The notes below the pieces were generated by a model. The model did not search any database. It saw nothing but the letters and a program-made list of their open reading frames with translations, and had not been told where the DNA came from. Below, in pieces: positions 1 to 9,238 of a stretch of DNA of 64,000 bases. A program made the position numbers and the translations under genes. The first letter of the stretch is position 1, and each line of letters begins with the position of its first letter. Origin of the DNA: Picochlorum sp. SENEW3. Its lineage: Eukaryota. The stretch covers positions 930,001 through 994,000 of the forward strand of contig CP120456.1 of NCBI GenBank assembly GCA_034226945.1, given 5' to 3'.

Positions 1-342
1 CATGTGTCGTGCAGGGAAAAAAGTGATCCGTCACATGTGCAGTCACCTTCGAGCCCAGCTGTCGTGGAACGGTTGCGTGTAGTCATGTGTGATGATATTA
101 GTGAGAGTCCTTTTGTGTCGGATTGTAGAATGGGTGCAATGTCGCGGCATGTGCGTGCATGCAGTCATGATTTTGAAGAGGGTGTGTATGGTGAAGTGAC
201 CTTGTCGCCTTGGATGTCGGCATCTCCTCGGCCAGTGGACACGGCAGACTCTAGTGCGGCTAAAATAAATCATAGTACTGGGACAAGGCCATCGAGGGAG
301 TCTCTGAGCTTTTACGACATGAATCCAATGGTTGGGTTTTAA
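1..342 (+). CDS. 3' end of a gene running in from outside the window, unknown product
   Basis: Open frame from the window edge to a stop at 340-342 (...NPMVGF*), followed by an AT-rich spacer; low-complexity Ser-rich tail with no recognisable domain. Confidence 0.4.
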   Translation, partial: HVSCREKSDPSHVQSPSSPAVVERLRVVMCDDISESPFVSDCRMGAMSRHVRACSHDFEEGVYGEVTLSPWMSASPRPVDTADSSAAKINHSTGTRPSRESLSFYDMNPMVGF

Positions 343-511
343 GGCATCCTCTTTTTTTTACTGTACACACATACAAGCGCTTTGTGTCCTTAGATAGATA
401 AGCAAGAAGAAGAAAGAAAAGTGAAAAAAGAATAGATAAAAAACAATACCGCACAGCAACAAGCTATGAATAGATAACGCCAAGAAGAATAATAATTATG
501 TATTTGCTTTT

Positions 512-1513
512 CTAACGCTGAAGAAGAATCATTCTACTTCTGTACATGCCTACAGTCACAGCAGCAACCCCTGCCACCATCCCAGTATAGAACAAGACCC
601 GTCGATACGACCGTTTTGATCTCGAAGGCAGCGTACACAGCTCTCGTATCCTATCAATATCGATATCCGTGTCCCATGACGCCCGTATACCAGGAAGGTG
701 TCCTGCCCCAAGCACAGCAACAATACGAGTGTACCCACGGTGTTCCAAATCCTTCAGCATAAAAGCCATGTATTCATCTCTCTCGTTCAGCAAAGGTCTC
801 ATGATACCTGGATAGGCTCGAGAGAGTTCTTTCACCGCCTCCGTGAAGACATCCGTCTCCCTCATTTCTTCAATTTTTGATTCCAAATTGTCCGTGTCAA
901 TCGATAGCCCCGTCCACACGAGATGCAATGTGATTTTAATCTTCTCCACGAGACTCAGCGAATCCCATACTCGAGCCAATGTTATACTGAGCAAGCGATC
1001 CCCGAGAATAAGATCCACATGCGTTGTCATCTGCTGTGTCTCATGAGCAGCCACCCGGAATTCAGAACCAGGCTCCACCTCCAAATCATCAGCAACCTTC
1101 CCCAACAACCACCCATATAACCCCTGAAATATCGTCATCTTTCCTCGCCGAACTTGCGAGACGACATTACCCAGGGGAGCCGCCCCATTCGTTGCCGTAC
1201 TGTTCTCCAGTAGAGATGTGGGTGGCCTGCTATTCAAAAGGTGGGCTCTCTCTGGACAGAGCTCCAGAAAGCATGCATCAGGCTGCACCCGCCGTATCAC
1301 CCTAGATACATCCAAACAAGATTGTTTACTTACATGAGCAGTACCGACGATGTAAAATATCGCCCTCCCTCGAGTGAGAATATCAATGCCTGCTTCTTGG
1401 TCGATAATGTCGGCAGAAACCCAACTCTCCTGGGCAGTTATAGGATCATCCATGGCACTAGCATAGTACTTTCCGAGAGTCGATATACTATTTATAGACC
1501 AAGATCGCGTCAT
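512..1513 (-). CDS. TRABD: TraB/PrgY/GumN-domain protein with C-terminal membrane anchor
   Basis: Motifs YIVGTAHVS, FLELCPER, PGSEFR, LILGDR, LLNERDEYM, VAVLGAGHLPGI and a C-terminal hydrophobic segment; start codon uncertain (ATG 1513 or 1453). Confidence 0.85.
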   Translation of the reverse strand: MTRSWSINSISTLGKYYASAMDDPITAQESWVSADIIDQEAGIDILTRGRAIFYIVGTAHVSKQSCLDVSRVIRRVQPDACFLELCPERAHLLNSRPPTSLLENSTATNGAAPLGNVVSQVRRGKMTIFQGLYGWLLGKVADDLEVEPGSEFRVAAHETQQMTTHVDLILGDRLLSITLARVWDSLSLVEKIKITLHLVWTGLSIDTDNLESKIEEMRETDVFTEAVKELSRAYPGIMRPLLNERDEYMAFMLKDLEHRGYTRIVAVLGAGHLPGIRASWDTDIDIDRIRELCTLPSRSKRSYRRVLFYTGMVAGVAAVTVGMYRSRMILLQR

Positions 1514-1721
1514 CGAATTGGTACACAGAGCCAATGCTCTGGTATGAACTTCCTTCTCCTTGGTATAGTTGCCGTTCAAATCGACTATTTGACCGTATAT
1601 AGATATACATGGTCTCTGCAGGTTTTGAATTCATCTCAACGTGAGTCACGTCCCTTGAATGCGTACCATTTTTTCAATAATAACGTCAATTAATATAAAT
1701 AATTACATATAGAGTGATGCA

Positions 1722-4538
1722 ATGAGTGATTATTCTCCCTCTGCGGATGAGGACGAGGAATTTGAATACCTTGACGGTGTTTCTGAAGAAGAGGACATGG
1801 AAGTCGCTGGAGGCGAGGAAGGAGAAGAAGGAGAAGATGAGGATGAGGATGGATTTGATATACTGAATTTTCTAGATGACCAGGATGATATTCCTACGGC
1901 TATTGCTGCGTTGGGTGGAATGGCCAACGACAGTGTACTGGAGAATATGAGACGACGTGGATTGCAACACAATACCCGGGAGCAGGATGGTCCCAGGACA
2001 AGGAGAACGTCTCGTTCGGTTCGGTTTGCAGATGAGGATCTGTCTGCTGAGGAGGAGCCTGAGGACCTGGAAGAAGAGCCCCATGCATACAAGGTGGATA
2101 AATGGAGTGATGAGCAGGCTGAGCAATTGGGTTTTGCTCCTCCGACGAGCACAAAAGCTCAGAAGAGAAGGGAGCAAGCAAGGGTTCGAAAGATGGCGGA
2201 GGGTAGGGTGGTGAGAGATCGCTCAGGCATGCCAGAAGTGGCAAAGGATCTGTTGGGCAAGGGCAACACATGTTTCTTCCGGGCAGAGTATGATGAGGCT
2301 GAGAAGATATTCATGAATTGTATACGTATAGCTCCAGAATTTCCGGATGCGTATTCGTCGCTGAGTAGTTTGTTTGCAGAGAAGGGGGATCATACAAGAG
2401 CAATGAATTTTCTCATGGTGGCTGCGCATCTCACAAAGAAGGAGTCTCAGATCTGGAAGGATGCTGCTGTGATGTCAAGGAGTCAGGGAGCTCTTCGACA
2501 GGCAGTGTATTGCTTGAACCAAGTGATTCGGAGGGAGAAGAATGATTTGGAATGGAGGTATGAACGTGGGTTGATTCTGAAGGATTTGAATATGGAGAGA
2601 AAGGCATTGGAAGATTTGATGTACTATCATGATAGATGTCCTGACGATCCAGAGAATATAAAGACAATTACGAGGCTCTTGTATTCGATGGATAGATTGG
2701 ATGACGCAAGGAATGCTATTCAATCGTACATTGAAACATATCCTGAGACGACAGATTTGACTCATATCAATCTTCTCTCTGAGCTTTATATGCATCCTGA
2801 TATACGCGATTGGAATGCGTTATTGGGATTGATGGAAGAGACGCGGGAGGCTGGGTGGGCAGATCCTCAGGATCTGCCCACAGAATTAGAGAGCAAAGAA
2901 GCCATTGCATACGCACATCTAGGTGATGTTGAAAAAGCTTCAGCAATCTGTCAAAAATTACTCGAAAAACCTGTGGATATATTTCCAGATGTATTCATCT
3001 ATGTAGCTACTGAGTTTGAGGCGTTACAGATGTATGATTATGCTGTACCATTTCTTGAAAGACTTGCATGTGAGGCGCATGGGTCATCCATGGATGTGTG
3101 GAGGAGATATGCAAATGCGTGTCAGCAAGCAGAGGGAGGTATACAAGGAGCCATAGAAGCGTGTACGAAAGTCGTGCAACGGGTTTCGAGGGACAACCCA
3201 GACTTTATTGATGCTGTCATTAGACTTGCTGACTTGCTCTTGGAGAATGGTCAAATAGAAGAAGCAAAATCTTCTCTTGCTGAGCTGGAGTCAGTTGATC
3301 CATATCCTGGCGGGGTTTTAACAATCCCAGAACATGTATATACTACTAGATCGCGCGTGCTGAAGGCATGCGAGTGCGATGACTTGTACAGCATGCTGTT
3401 TTATGAGCCAGTTTTGAAGAGCTTGAAACTGATTTTCCACTCGCCTGATAACGTGGAGAGAAAGGGTCGGAAAAAATCAGGTGATGGAGGCGATAAAGTT
3501 GGAAATGATTTATTTGTGTGGGAGAGTTCTCAAGAGAAGCGCAGGAAAAAAGCAAAGCAGCAGGATGGGGGAGTTGAAGAACCCAGCATGTTTGGTGCTG
3601 ATATGGAAGAGTCAGATGTGAATATTCCAGTGCTCAGCAATCCATTAAAAGATAATCAATGCTTTGACGTGGTTGTGCACTTGATAAAAGTGTTACTAAA
3701 GCAAGGTGAAATCGAAAAGGCTCACGATATTTGCGATCTTGCCGTGACTGTCCTGTCAAAGAAGCACCCAAACAAGGATAGAAGGGATACAGTCAAAATG
3801 TATCTGGCAGATTGTCAGTGTCGCATGGGCGACCTCTCTAGCGCTTTGAAGCATATCAAGGCCCCTGCAGATCATTGGCCCGACTCTGCAGAGGTGTGGA
3901 ATATATTTACCAAAATTACCCTCGGGGTTGGAGGTGTGAGGCAGACTTCAAAGTATATTAGCAACATGAGGCGGAGGCATCCACACTCTTTGGCACTTGC
4001 TCTTTTGAATGGCCACGTATTTCTCCAAAGTCATCAATACGCTGCTGCCCTTGGTGAATATTTTGATGCTTATAGGATGGGTCCCTGGGAGCCTGTTGTC
4101 AAGATGTGCATAGCAAATCTCTTTGTCAATTACGCATGTGTGACAAAGAAGGATAGGGATATGGCACTGATGCATGCATTTGCCTGGATGCAAGAATATG
4201 CCAAACTGCGTAAGAATAATGTAGAATTTGCATACAATGCTGGGAGGATAGCACATCAGTTTTCCCTTTTACATTTGGCGGTGCCACTGTATAAGGAAGC
4301 CCTGATGCACCACGATCATGCCAACCTTCCGTTCGACATGGAACAACTCGAGATAGAGAGGAACGCTTTCAACAATGGACATGTATCCAGGATCTCTCAC
4401 TATATTTCTAAGGGTAGTTTAAATCCAAAGAAGTCGGACCTTTCCCGGGAATCTGCTTTTAATTTGGCATTGCTTCTGCGGGAGTCTGGTGCACATGAAC
4501 TTGCAAAGAAATGCATGAAAAAATATCTTGTATTCTAA
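1722..4538 (+). CDS. GTF3C3: Transcription factor IIIC TPR subunit (Tfc4/TFIIIC102-like)
   Basis: 938 aa; acidic N-terminus, TPR array (AMNFLMVAAHL, QAVYCLNQVIR), C-terminal YNAGRIAHQFSLLHLAVPLY and DLSRESAFNLALL typical of Tfc4. Confidence 0.88.
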   Translation: MSDYSPSADEDEEFEYLDGVSEEEDMEVAGGEEGEEGEDEDEDGFDILNFLDDQDDIPTAIAALGGMANDSVLENMRRRGLQHNTREQDGPRTRRTSRSVRFADEDLSAEEEPEDLEEEPHAYKVDKWSDEQAEQLGFAPPTSTKAQKRREQARVRKMAEGRVVRDRSGMPEVAKDLLGKGNTCFFRAEYDEAEKIFMNCIRIAPEFPDAYSSLSSLFAEKGDHTRAMNFLMVAAHLTKKESQIWKDAAVMSRSQGALRQAVYCLNQVIRREKNDLEWRYERGLILKDLNMERKALEDLMYYHDRCPDDPENIKTITRLLYSMDRLDDARNAIQSYIETYPETTDLTHINLLSELYMHPDIRDWNALLGLMEETREAGWADPQDLPTELESKEAIAYAHLGDVEKASAICQKLLEKPVDIFPDVFIYVATEFEALQMYDYAVPFLERLACEAHGSSMDVWRRYANACQQAEGGIQGAIEACTKVVQRVSRDNPDFIDAVIRLADLLLENGQIEEAKSSLAELESVDPYPGGVLTIPEHVYTTRSRVLKACECDDLYSMLFYEPVLKSLKLIFHSPDNVERKGRKKSGDGGDKVGNDLFVWESSQEKRRKKAKQQDGGVEEPSMFGADMEESDVNIPVLSNPLKDNQCFDVVVHLIKVLLKQGEIEKAHDICDLAVTVLSKKHPNKDRRDTVKMYLADCQCRMGDLSSALKHIKAPADHWPDSAEVWNIFTKITLGVGGVRQTSKYISNMRRRHPHSLALALLNGHVFLQSHQYAAALGEYFDAYRMGPWEPVVKMCIANLFVNYACVTKKDRDMALMHAFAWMQEYAKLRKNNVEFAYNAGRIAHQFSLLHLAVPLYKEALMHHDHANLPFDMEQLEIERNAFNNGHVSRISHYISKGSLNPKKSDLSRESAFNLALLLRESGAHELAKKCMKKYLVF

Positions 4539-4594
4539 TGTACAGAGTCGATAATAATAATACATATACAAGGATATCAAATTTTTTGTATCAT

Positions 4595-6301
4595 TCAATT
4601 CTTCATCCCGGCAACAGCAACCCATCTGGCTGCAACAGCCGTACATTGTTTCTGAAGCAGGGCAGAGTCAACAAAGCAGGATTCTGTGGCACTTCGGATA
4701 ATTTCCTCAGATTCTACGGCTAAAAAATATAGCAATAGACCCGACTTTTCATATTTCTCTCTACAAAGCTCATAATTTCCCAAAAGTTCTTCTGCAGCGC
4801 CTTCTTGAGCCAATTCCTGTGCTGCCTGATGGCAAATATCAAACCACTCTAGAATCGATACATGGTCATGAATATACCCTGCATGATATTTGTACAAATA
4901 TCCCATCGCCGACTTGGCTCTCTCTGCTATTTTATGACAGTGATCTGTAATACTTCCTTTGTCAACATCATCGTTACTCTCTACGCTGGTCTGGGATGAT
5001 GCCATTGTGGATTGGTGCTCAACACTGTCAATGGTTGCATTCAAAATTTGCAATGCTGCAACATGAAGCCCAATCTTTTTCAAATACTGACCCATGGAAG
5101 TATCAGGAAGGCATTGGATATCTTGTGCTAGCGAGTCTAAAAGGATCGCAACTTGGGACAAAAACTGGTGTTTACCATAATGCTGCCATGGAACCTCTTC
5201 AATAATAATCTTTTCTGCCATGCACCCCTGAGAGCTTGATGGCAAAACAGGCTGATATCCCTTTTCACCTTTGTCCAGTGATCTTGGAGAGTGTAGTAGC
5301 ACAAAATCATCTTTTTCTTCGAACAGGATGTCTTCTTCAGTAACATCCATTTCTTCTACCCGAAGCTGTTGGTTACGCATCAGGCCTTCATGATGCACAG
5401 GATGTTCTGCACTCGTAGTATCCAATGTGCCTTCCCCGAGAATATATGGGTGACTGAAGAAACCCTCAAAACTTATCCTCTCTACAGGACGCCTCTGCAA
5501 CAAAGTGCGCATCAAATGCTTGCATGCATATGACAGCTCTGTTGAGACATCAGATGGGATGCATGGCTCCCGACTTCTCATTTCCTTCAGCAAAGATGCT
5601 TGATTTGATCCCGTGTACGGAGGGCCTCCACATAGCATTTCAAACATGATCGCACCAAGGCTCCACAAATCTGCCTTTGCGTCATACTGTTGTCCCATAA
5701 GAATCTCTGGAGCCATGTACAATGGACTTCCGCAGAGCGTGTCAGCCATCAGATGAGGTCCAAGTGCCCTTGCAAATCCAAAATCAGCGATTTTCACCAC
5801 AGGTGACTCCTCGTTATCATCAACTAATAACAAATTCTGCGGCTTCAAATCCCGATGGACGACATGATGCTTCCACATTTCTTGCATCCCCGCACGCAAC
5901 TGCCGTAGAATGTGTCTTGCCGTCTTTTCTGAGAGTCTACCAGTGTCCCTCAACCTCTGTGACAAATCACCTCCAGCACAGTACTCCATCACTAGATACA
6001 TTTTCCCACCAGACTCGATAACATCATACAGCTTGACCACATTTACGTGGTCAATATGCCGAAGGGTGTAAATTTCTCCTTCCAGGGACTGTCGAAGTTT
6101 TGGACTCAACTTGTTTTTATGGATCTCTTTAATCGCTGCCAATCGACGCTTTCCTGTCTCTATGTCAATCTCATCCACATGCACAGCCTTCCAAACGATA
6201 GCAAAGGACCCAGACCCTAGCACAGATACAAGTTCCCAGGAACCTACAACGTGGCTCTTTCCCTTCGACGTTCCCTTCCCTACGTCCTCATGCGCACTCA
6301 T
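4595..6301 (-). CDS. ATG1: Autophagy Ser/Thr kinase ATG1
   Basis: GSGSFAIVW, HRDLKPQNLLL, KIADFGFAR, TLCGSPLYMAPE, YDAKADLWS; central DDFVLL AIM-like motif; C-terminal MIT-like region (GAAEELLGN...Y). Confidence 0.92.
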   Translation of the reverse strand: MSAHEDVGKGTSKGKSHVVGSWELVSVLGSGSFAIVWKAVHVDEIDIETGKRRLAAIKEIHKNKLSPKLRQSLEGEIYTLRHIDHVNVVKLYDVIESGGKMYLVMEYCAGGDLSQRLRDTGRLSEKTARHILRQLRAGMQEMWKHHVVHRDLKPQNLLLVDDNEESPVVKIADFGFARALGPHLMADTLCGSPLYMAPEILMGQQYDAKADLWSLGAIMFEMLCGGPPYTGSNQASLLKEMRSREPCIPSDVSTELSYACKHLMRTLLQRRPVERISFEGFFSHPYILGEGTLDTTSAEHPVHHEGLMRNQQLRVEEMDVTEEDILFEEKDDFVLLHSPRSLDKGEKGYQPVLPSSSQGCMAEKIIIEEVPWQHYGKHQFLSQVAILLDSLAQDIQCLPDTSMGQYLKKIGLHVAALQILNATIDSVEHQSTMASSQTSVESNDDVDKGSITDHCHKIAERAKSAMGYLYKYHAGYIHDHVSILEWFDICHQAAQELAQEGAAEELLGNYELCREKYEKSGLLLYFLAVESEEIIRSATESCFVDSALLQKQCTAVAARWVAVAGMKN

Positions 6302-7128
6302 ACTGAGCTAATTTTATTTGTTCTAGTGAATGAACACCAGCATTCAACGATTCTTCTCTCTAGACATTCGAGTCTGGAGTCTGCTCCTGAAACAATGTAC
6401 CAATTGCTCGAACGCTTCTATGCCTTATTTCTCATCTACGAATCCCTTGTATTCACATTAATATATTCTATGACAGTTTGAGAGTAAAATGAATGGATAA
6501 TACTGTGAGGGGAACGGTTGAATTCTATTTTCGAAATGGCCTATTATGACATCCTCCTCCATGGAGTCCACCCTGCTTGGCCATGGCCATTGCTATAGCA
6601 AAGTGGCCTTGGGAATTCCAATGTCGCTGTGGATTGAACAGTAGGCAACGTATTCAGATGTCATGTTCATGACGTAGTAGTAGACGTGTTGCGATACAGC
6701 ATGCTCACCCCTGAAGTATGTCTCAGCTACATGAGTGAAGAACTCAACACTACTCGGGCAGCATGTTGGTTGTTTTGTCTTTCGAGCATCTACGATGCGG
6801 CGTACCATACGACGCCTTGACGGGCTGTACGTTCCATTACAGTATAGCTATTATGTGTGGGAGATCCAAGGAAACAATCGCAACCAGGGTCAATATCCGC
6901 GGCTGAATCCACCTTGCGTGGATCTGGACAGGCTGTCGCGACAGCAATGCGCGCGCAATACCGCGGCCGAATCCAGCGAATCCTGACACAACCATGTACA
7001 CGTAGCCTGCAACACGGCATCAATCACCCGCGGATCGTCTATATAACGCACGCGATCATGAACCCAAACAAGAAATACACAAAAGAATACATCTTTTTCG
7101 AAAACTGAACGAAGAACATATCCATACC

Positions 7129-7572
7129 ATGTTCCGCTACTGTGCACTCGTTGTCGCCGTCGTGTTGCTCGCACTCGGAAGCGTGCAGGCTGTTGATGAC
7201 AGGCCATTCAAGTTTGGACCCACTGGAAAGTGGAGAGGAGATAAGGTGAAGCAGAAGAAGAGCAAGTGGACAGGACCGGACGAGGATGTCCGCGAAGCTG
7301 AAGCCATGGGAAGTTGCTGGATCTACTGCACCAGTGGCAAGAATGCAATCCCCATGTACTACACTGTGGGCAATATCGTGGCCAAGAACGAGGACGAGTA
7401 TATTTGCCAGTGCTATGATAAGAGAAGTAAGAATACCAAGTTTGTGCACTGCACTGAGGAGAATAACCAATGCTCTGGTGGGGATGTGAAAGACTTTGGT
7501 TTTGACAACACCTACCTCACCTTCTTCTGCCAACCAGGCATTGACGGATTCCCTTGCACCAAGACAACCTAA
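7129..7572 (+). CDS. Small secreted cysteine-rich protein, unknown function
   Basis: 147 aa single exon; signal peptide (ALVVAVVLLALGSVQA), 8 Cys in the mature part, strongly biased codon usage. Confidence 0.7.
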   Translation: MFRYCALVVAVVLLALGSVQAVDDRPFKFGPTGKWRGDKVKQKKSKWTGPDEDVREAEAMGSCWIYCTSGKNAIPMYYTVGNIVAKNEDEYICQCYDKRSKNTKFVHCTEENNQCSGGDVKDFGFDNTYLTFFCQPGIDGFPCTKTT

Positions 7573-7777
7573 TAAAGTAACTAATTCTGGACTTCCCATT
7601 TACGGAGATAAGGGATGTTCCGCAACAGGCTTGGTCTCTCCCTGCGCCTGACAGTGTCGTGGCAATGAGTGCCACGTCAGCAGAGAGTTCCATGGCATTA
7701 TGAGATGCATTGTAGCGCTCGCATACTCATATGATGAATCAAATAAACGTGTAACTTACAAATAAATAATACGAAAC

Positions 7778-9196
7778 ATGATAGTAAGAGATATACTCAC
7801 AGTACAAAGGCATCGGTGTGTGCCAAATTCGGCATCATCTCACAAGCCTTATGCACCTATGCGCCCTCGTGTAGCACAATGTGGTATTATAAGGCATCCA
7901 ATATGCCATAAAAATAGCAAATTACTAGCAAAAGGGGTGAAGCATGAGGCTGCACCTGTAGCAACAGAAGAAGACCACGTCAGACAAATCCTTGCTGACG
8001 TTGGAGGCAAGCAAAAGGTTATGATTGCCCAGGTTGCCCCGGCGGTACGCGTGAGCCTGGGTGAAGAATTCAATGTAGATCCTCCGGTGACGGGGAAGAT
8101 TGTGACGGCTCTGAAATTGCTGGGATTTGATTATGTCTTTGATGTTATTGCTGGTGCTGATCTCACAATCCTAGAAGAAGGCTCGGAGCTGATACAAAGA
8201 CTTGCTGATAATCTGCAAGGGAAGGAAGACGCAGCACCTCTTCCAATGTTCTCCAGCTGCTGTCCGGGTTGGATTGAATTTGTGGAGAAATGCTCTCCAG
8301 AGGTTATACCATATGTGTCTACAGCAAAGAGTCCTCACATGATGCAGGGCGCCATTATCAAGACATTCTTTTCTGATATTATTAAACGATCGGAGGAGGA
8401 TATTAGCGTGACATCGGTGATGCCTTGCGTGCGGAAACAAGGTGAAGCTGATAGAGAACCAAATCAAACACCTGCTGGTCATAGACATGTGGATCATGTC
8501 GTCACCACAAAGGGACTCGCACAAATGATCAAGGATGCAGGTATCGATTTTGCAAATCTTCCTGATACTCATTTTGATGCCTTCATGGGGCTTGGATCGG
8601 GAGGCGCAGTACTGTTTGGAACCACTGGTGGTGTTATGGAAGCAGCCCTCAGAACTGTGTATGATATTGCATCGCAAGGATCAGGGGCTGGGCCCTTGGA
8701 TCATCTTGAATTTGAAGACGTCCGCGGGATGGATGGTATCAAGGAAACTTTTCTGCGTATTCCTTCAAACCTAGAGGGTCCTCTACACAACTCAGAGGAG
8801 TTGGAGTTGCATGTGTGCGTATGCAATGGCTTAGGTAATGCGAAAAAGCTACTCAAAGAAACGATCGAAGGAAAAAGTAAATACCACTTTGTCGAGGTGA
8901 TGGCATGCCCAGGAGGGTGCATAGGTGGAGGTGGACAACCAAGATCCAAGGGAAAGGAAGCCTTGATGGCCCGCCAGAAAGCATTGTACAATTTGGACAG
9001 TTCCAGTGAGATTCGCCAGTCCCACCAGAACCCAGTCATCAAAGATCTATATACCAAGTACCTCGTGACACCTGGAAGTGAGGTCGCTGAGACATTGCTT
9101 CACACTGGTTATGTTGAGGGTGGACCAGCAAAATACAAGGGACAAGGTGTTTCTGAAACATCCGATGAAGACATCTGCGACGCTGATGATATCTAA
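7778..9196 (+). CDS. HYDA: [FeFe]-hydrogenase, H-cluster-only (M1) type with transit peptide
   Basis: VAPAVR, L1 FSSCCPGW, L2 MPCVRKQGE, L3 EVMACPGGCIGGGGQP, FGTTGGVMEAALR, LLHT; basic N-terminal presequence; no ferredoxin-like F-domain. Confidence 0.95.
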   Translation: MIVRDILTVQRHRCVPNSASSHKPYAPMRPRVAQCGIIRHPICHKNSKLLAKGVKHEAAPVATEEDHVRQILADVGGKQKVMIAQVAPAVRVSLGEEFNVDPPVTGKIVTALKLLGFDYVFDVIAGADLTILEEGSELIQRLADNLQGKEDAAPLPMFSSCCPGWIEFVEKCSPEVIPYVSTAKSPHMMQGAIIKTFFSDIIKRSEEDISVTSVMPCVRKQGEADREPNQTPAGHRHVDHVVTTKGLAQMIKDAGIDFANLPDTHFDAFMGLGSGGAVLFGTTGGVMEAALRTVYDIASQGSGAGPLDHLEFEDVRGMDGIKETFLRIPSNLEGPLHNSEELELHVCVCNGLGNAKKLLKETIEGKSKYHFVEVMACPGGCIGGGGQPRSKGKEALMARQKALYNLDSSSEIRQSHQNPVIKDLYTKYLVTPGSEVAETLLHTGYVEGGPAKYKGQGVSETSDEDICDADDI

Positions 9197-9238
9197 TCCC
9201 ATATTTAATGCACAAGTTATGTTTAATAATTTGAAAAT

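Noticed and set aside
6593..7207. Several short Cys-containing minus-strand ORFs (6593-6808, 6790-7023, 6890-7207)
   Set aside because: No consistent splice model or recognisable domain; may be a gene remnant but cannot be supported
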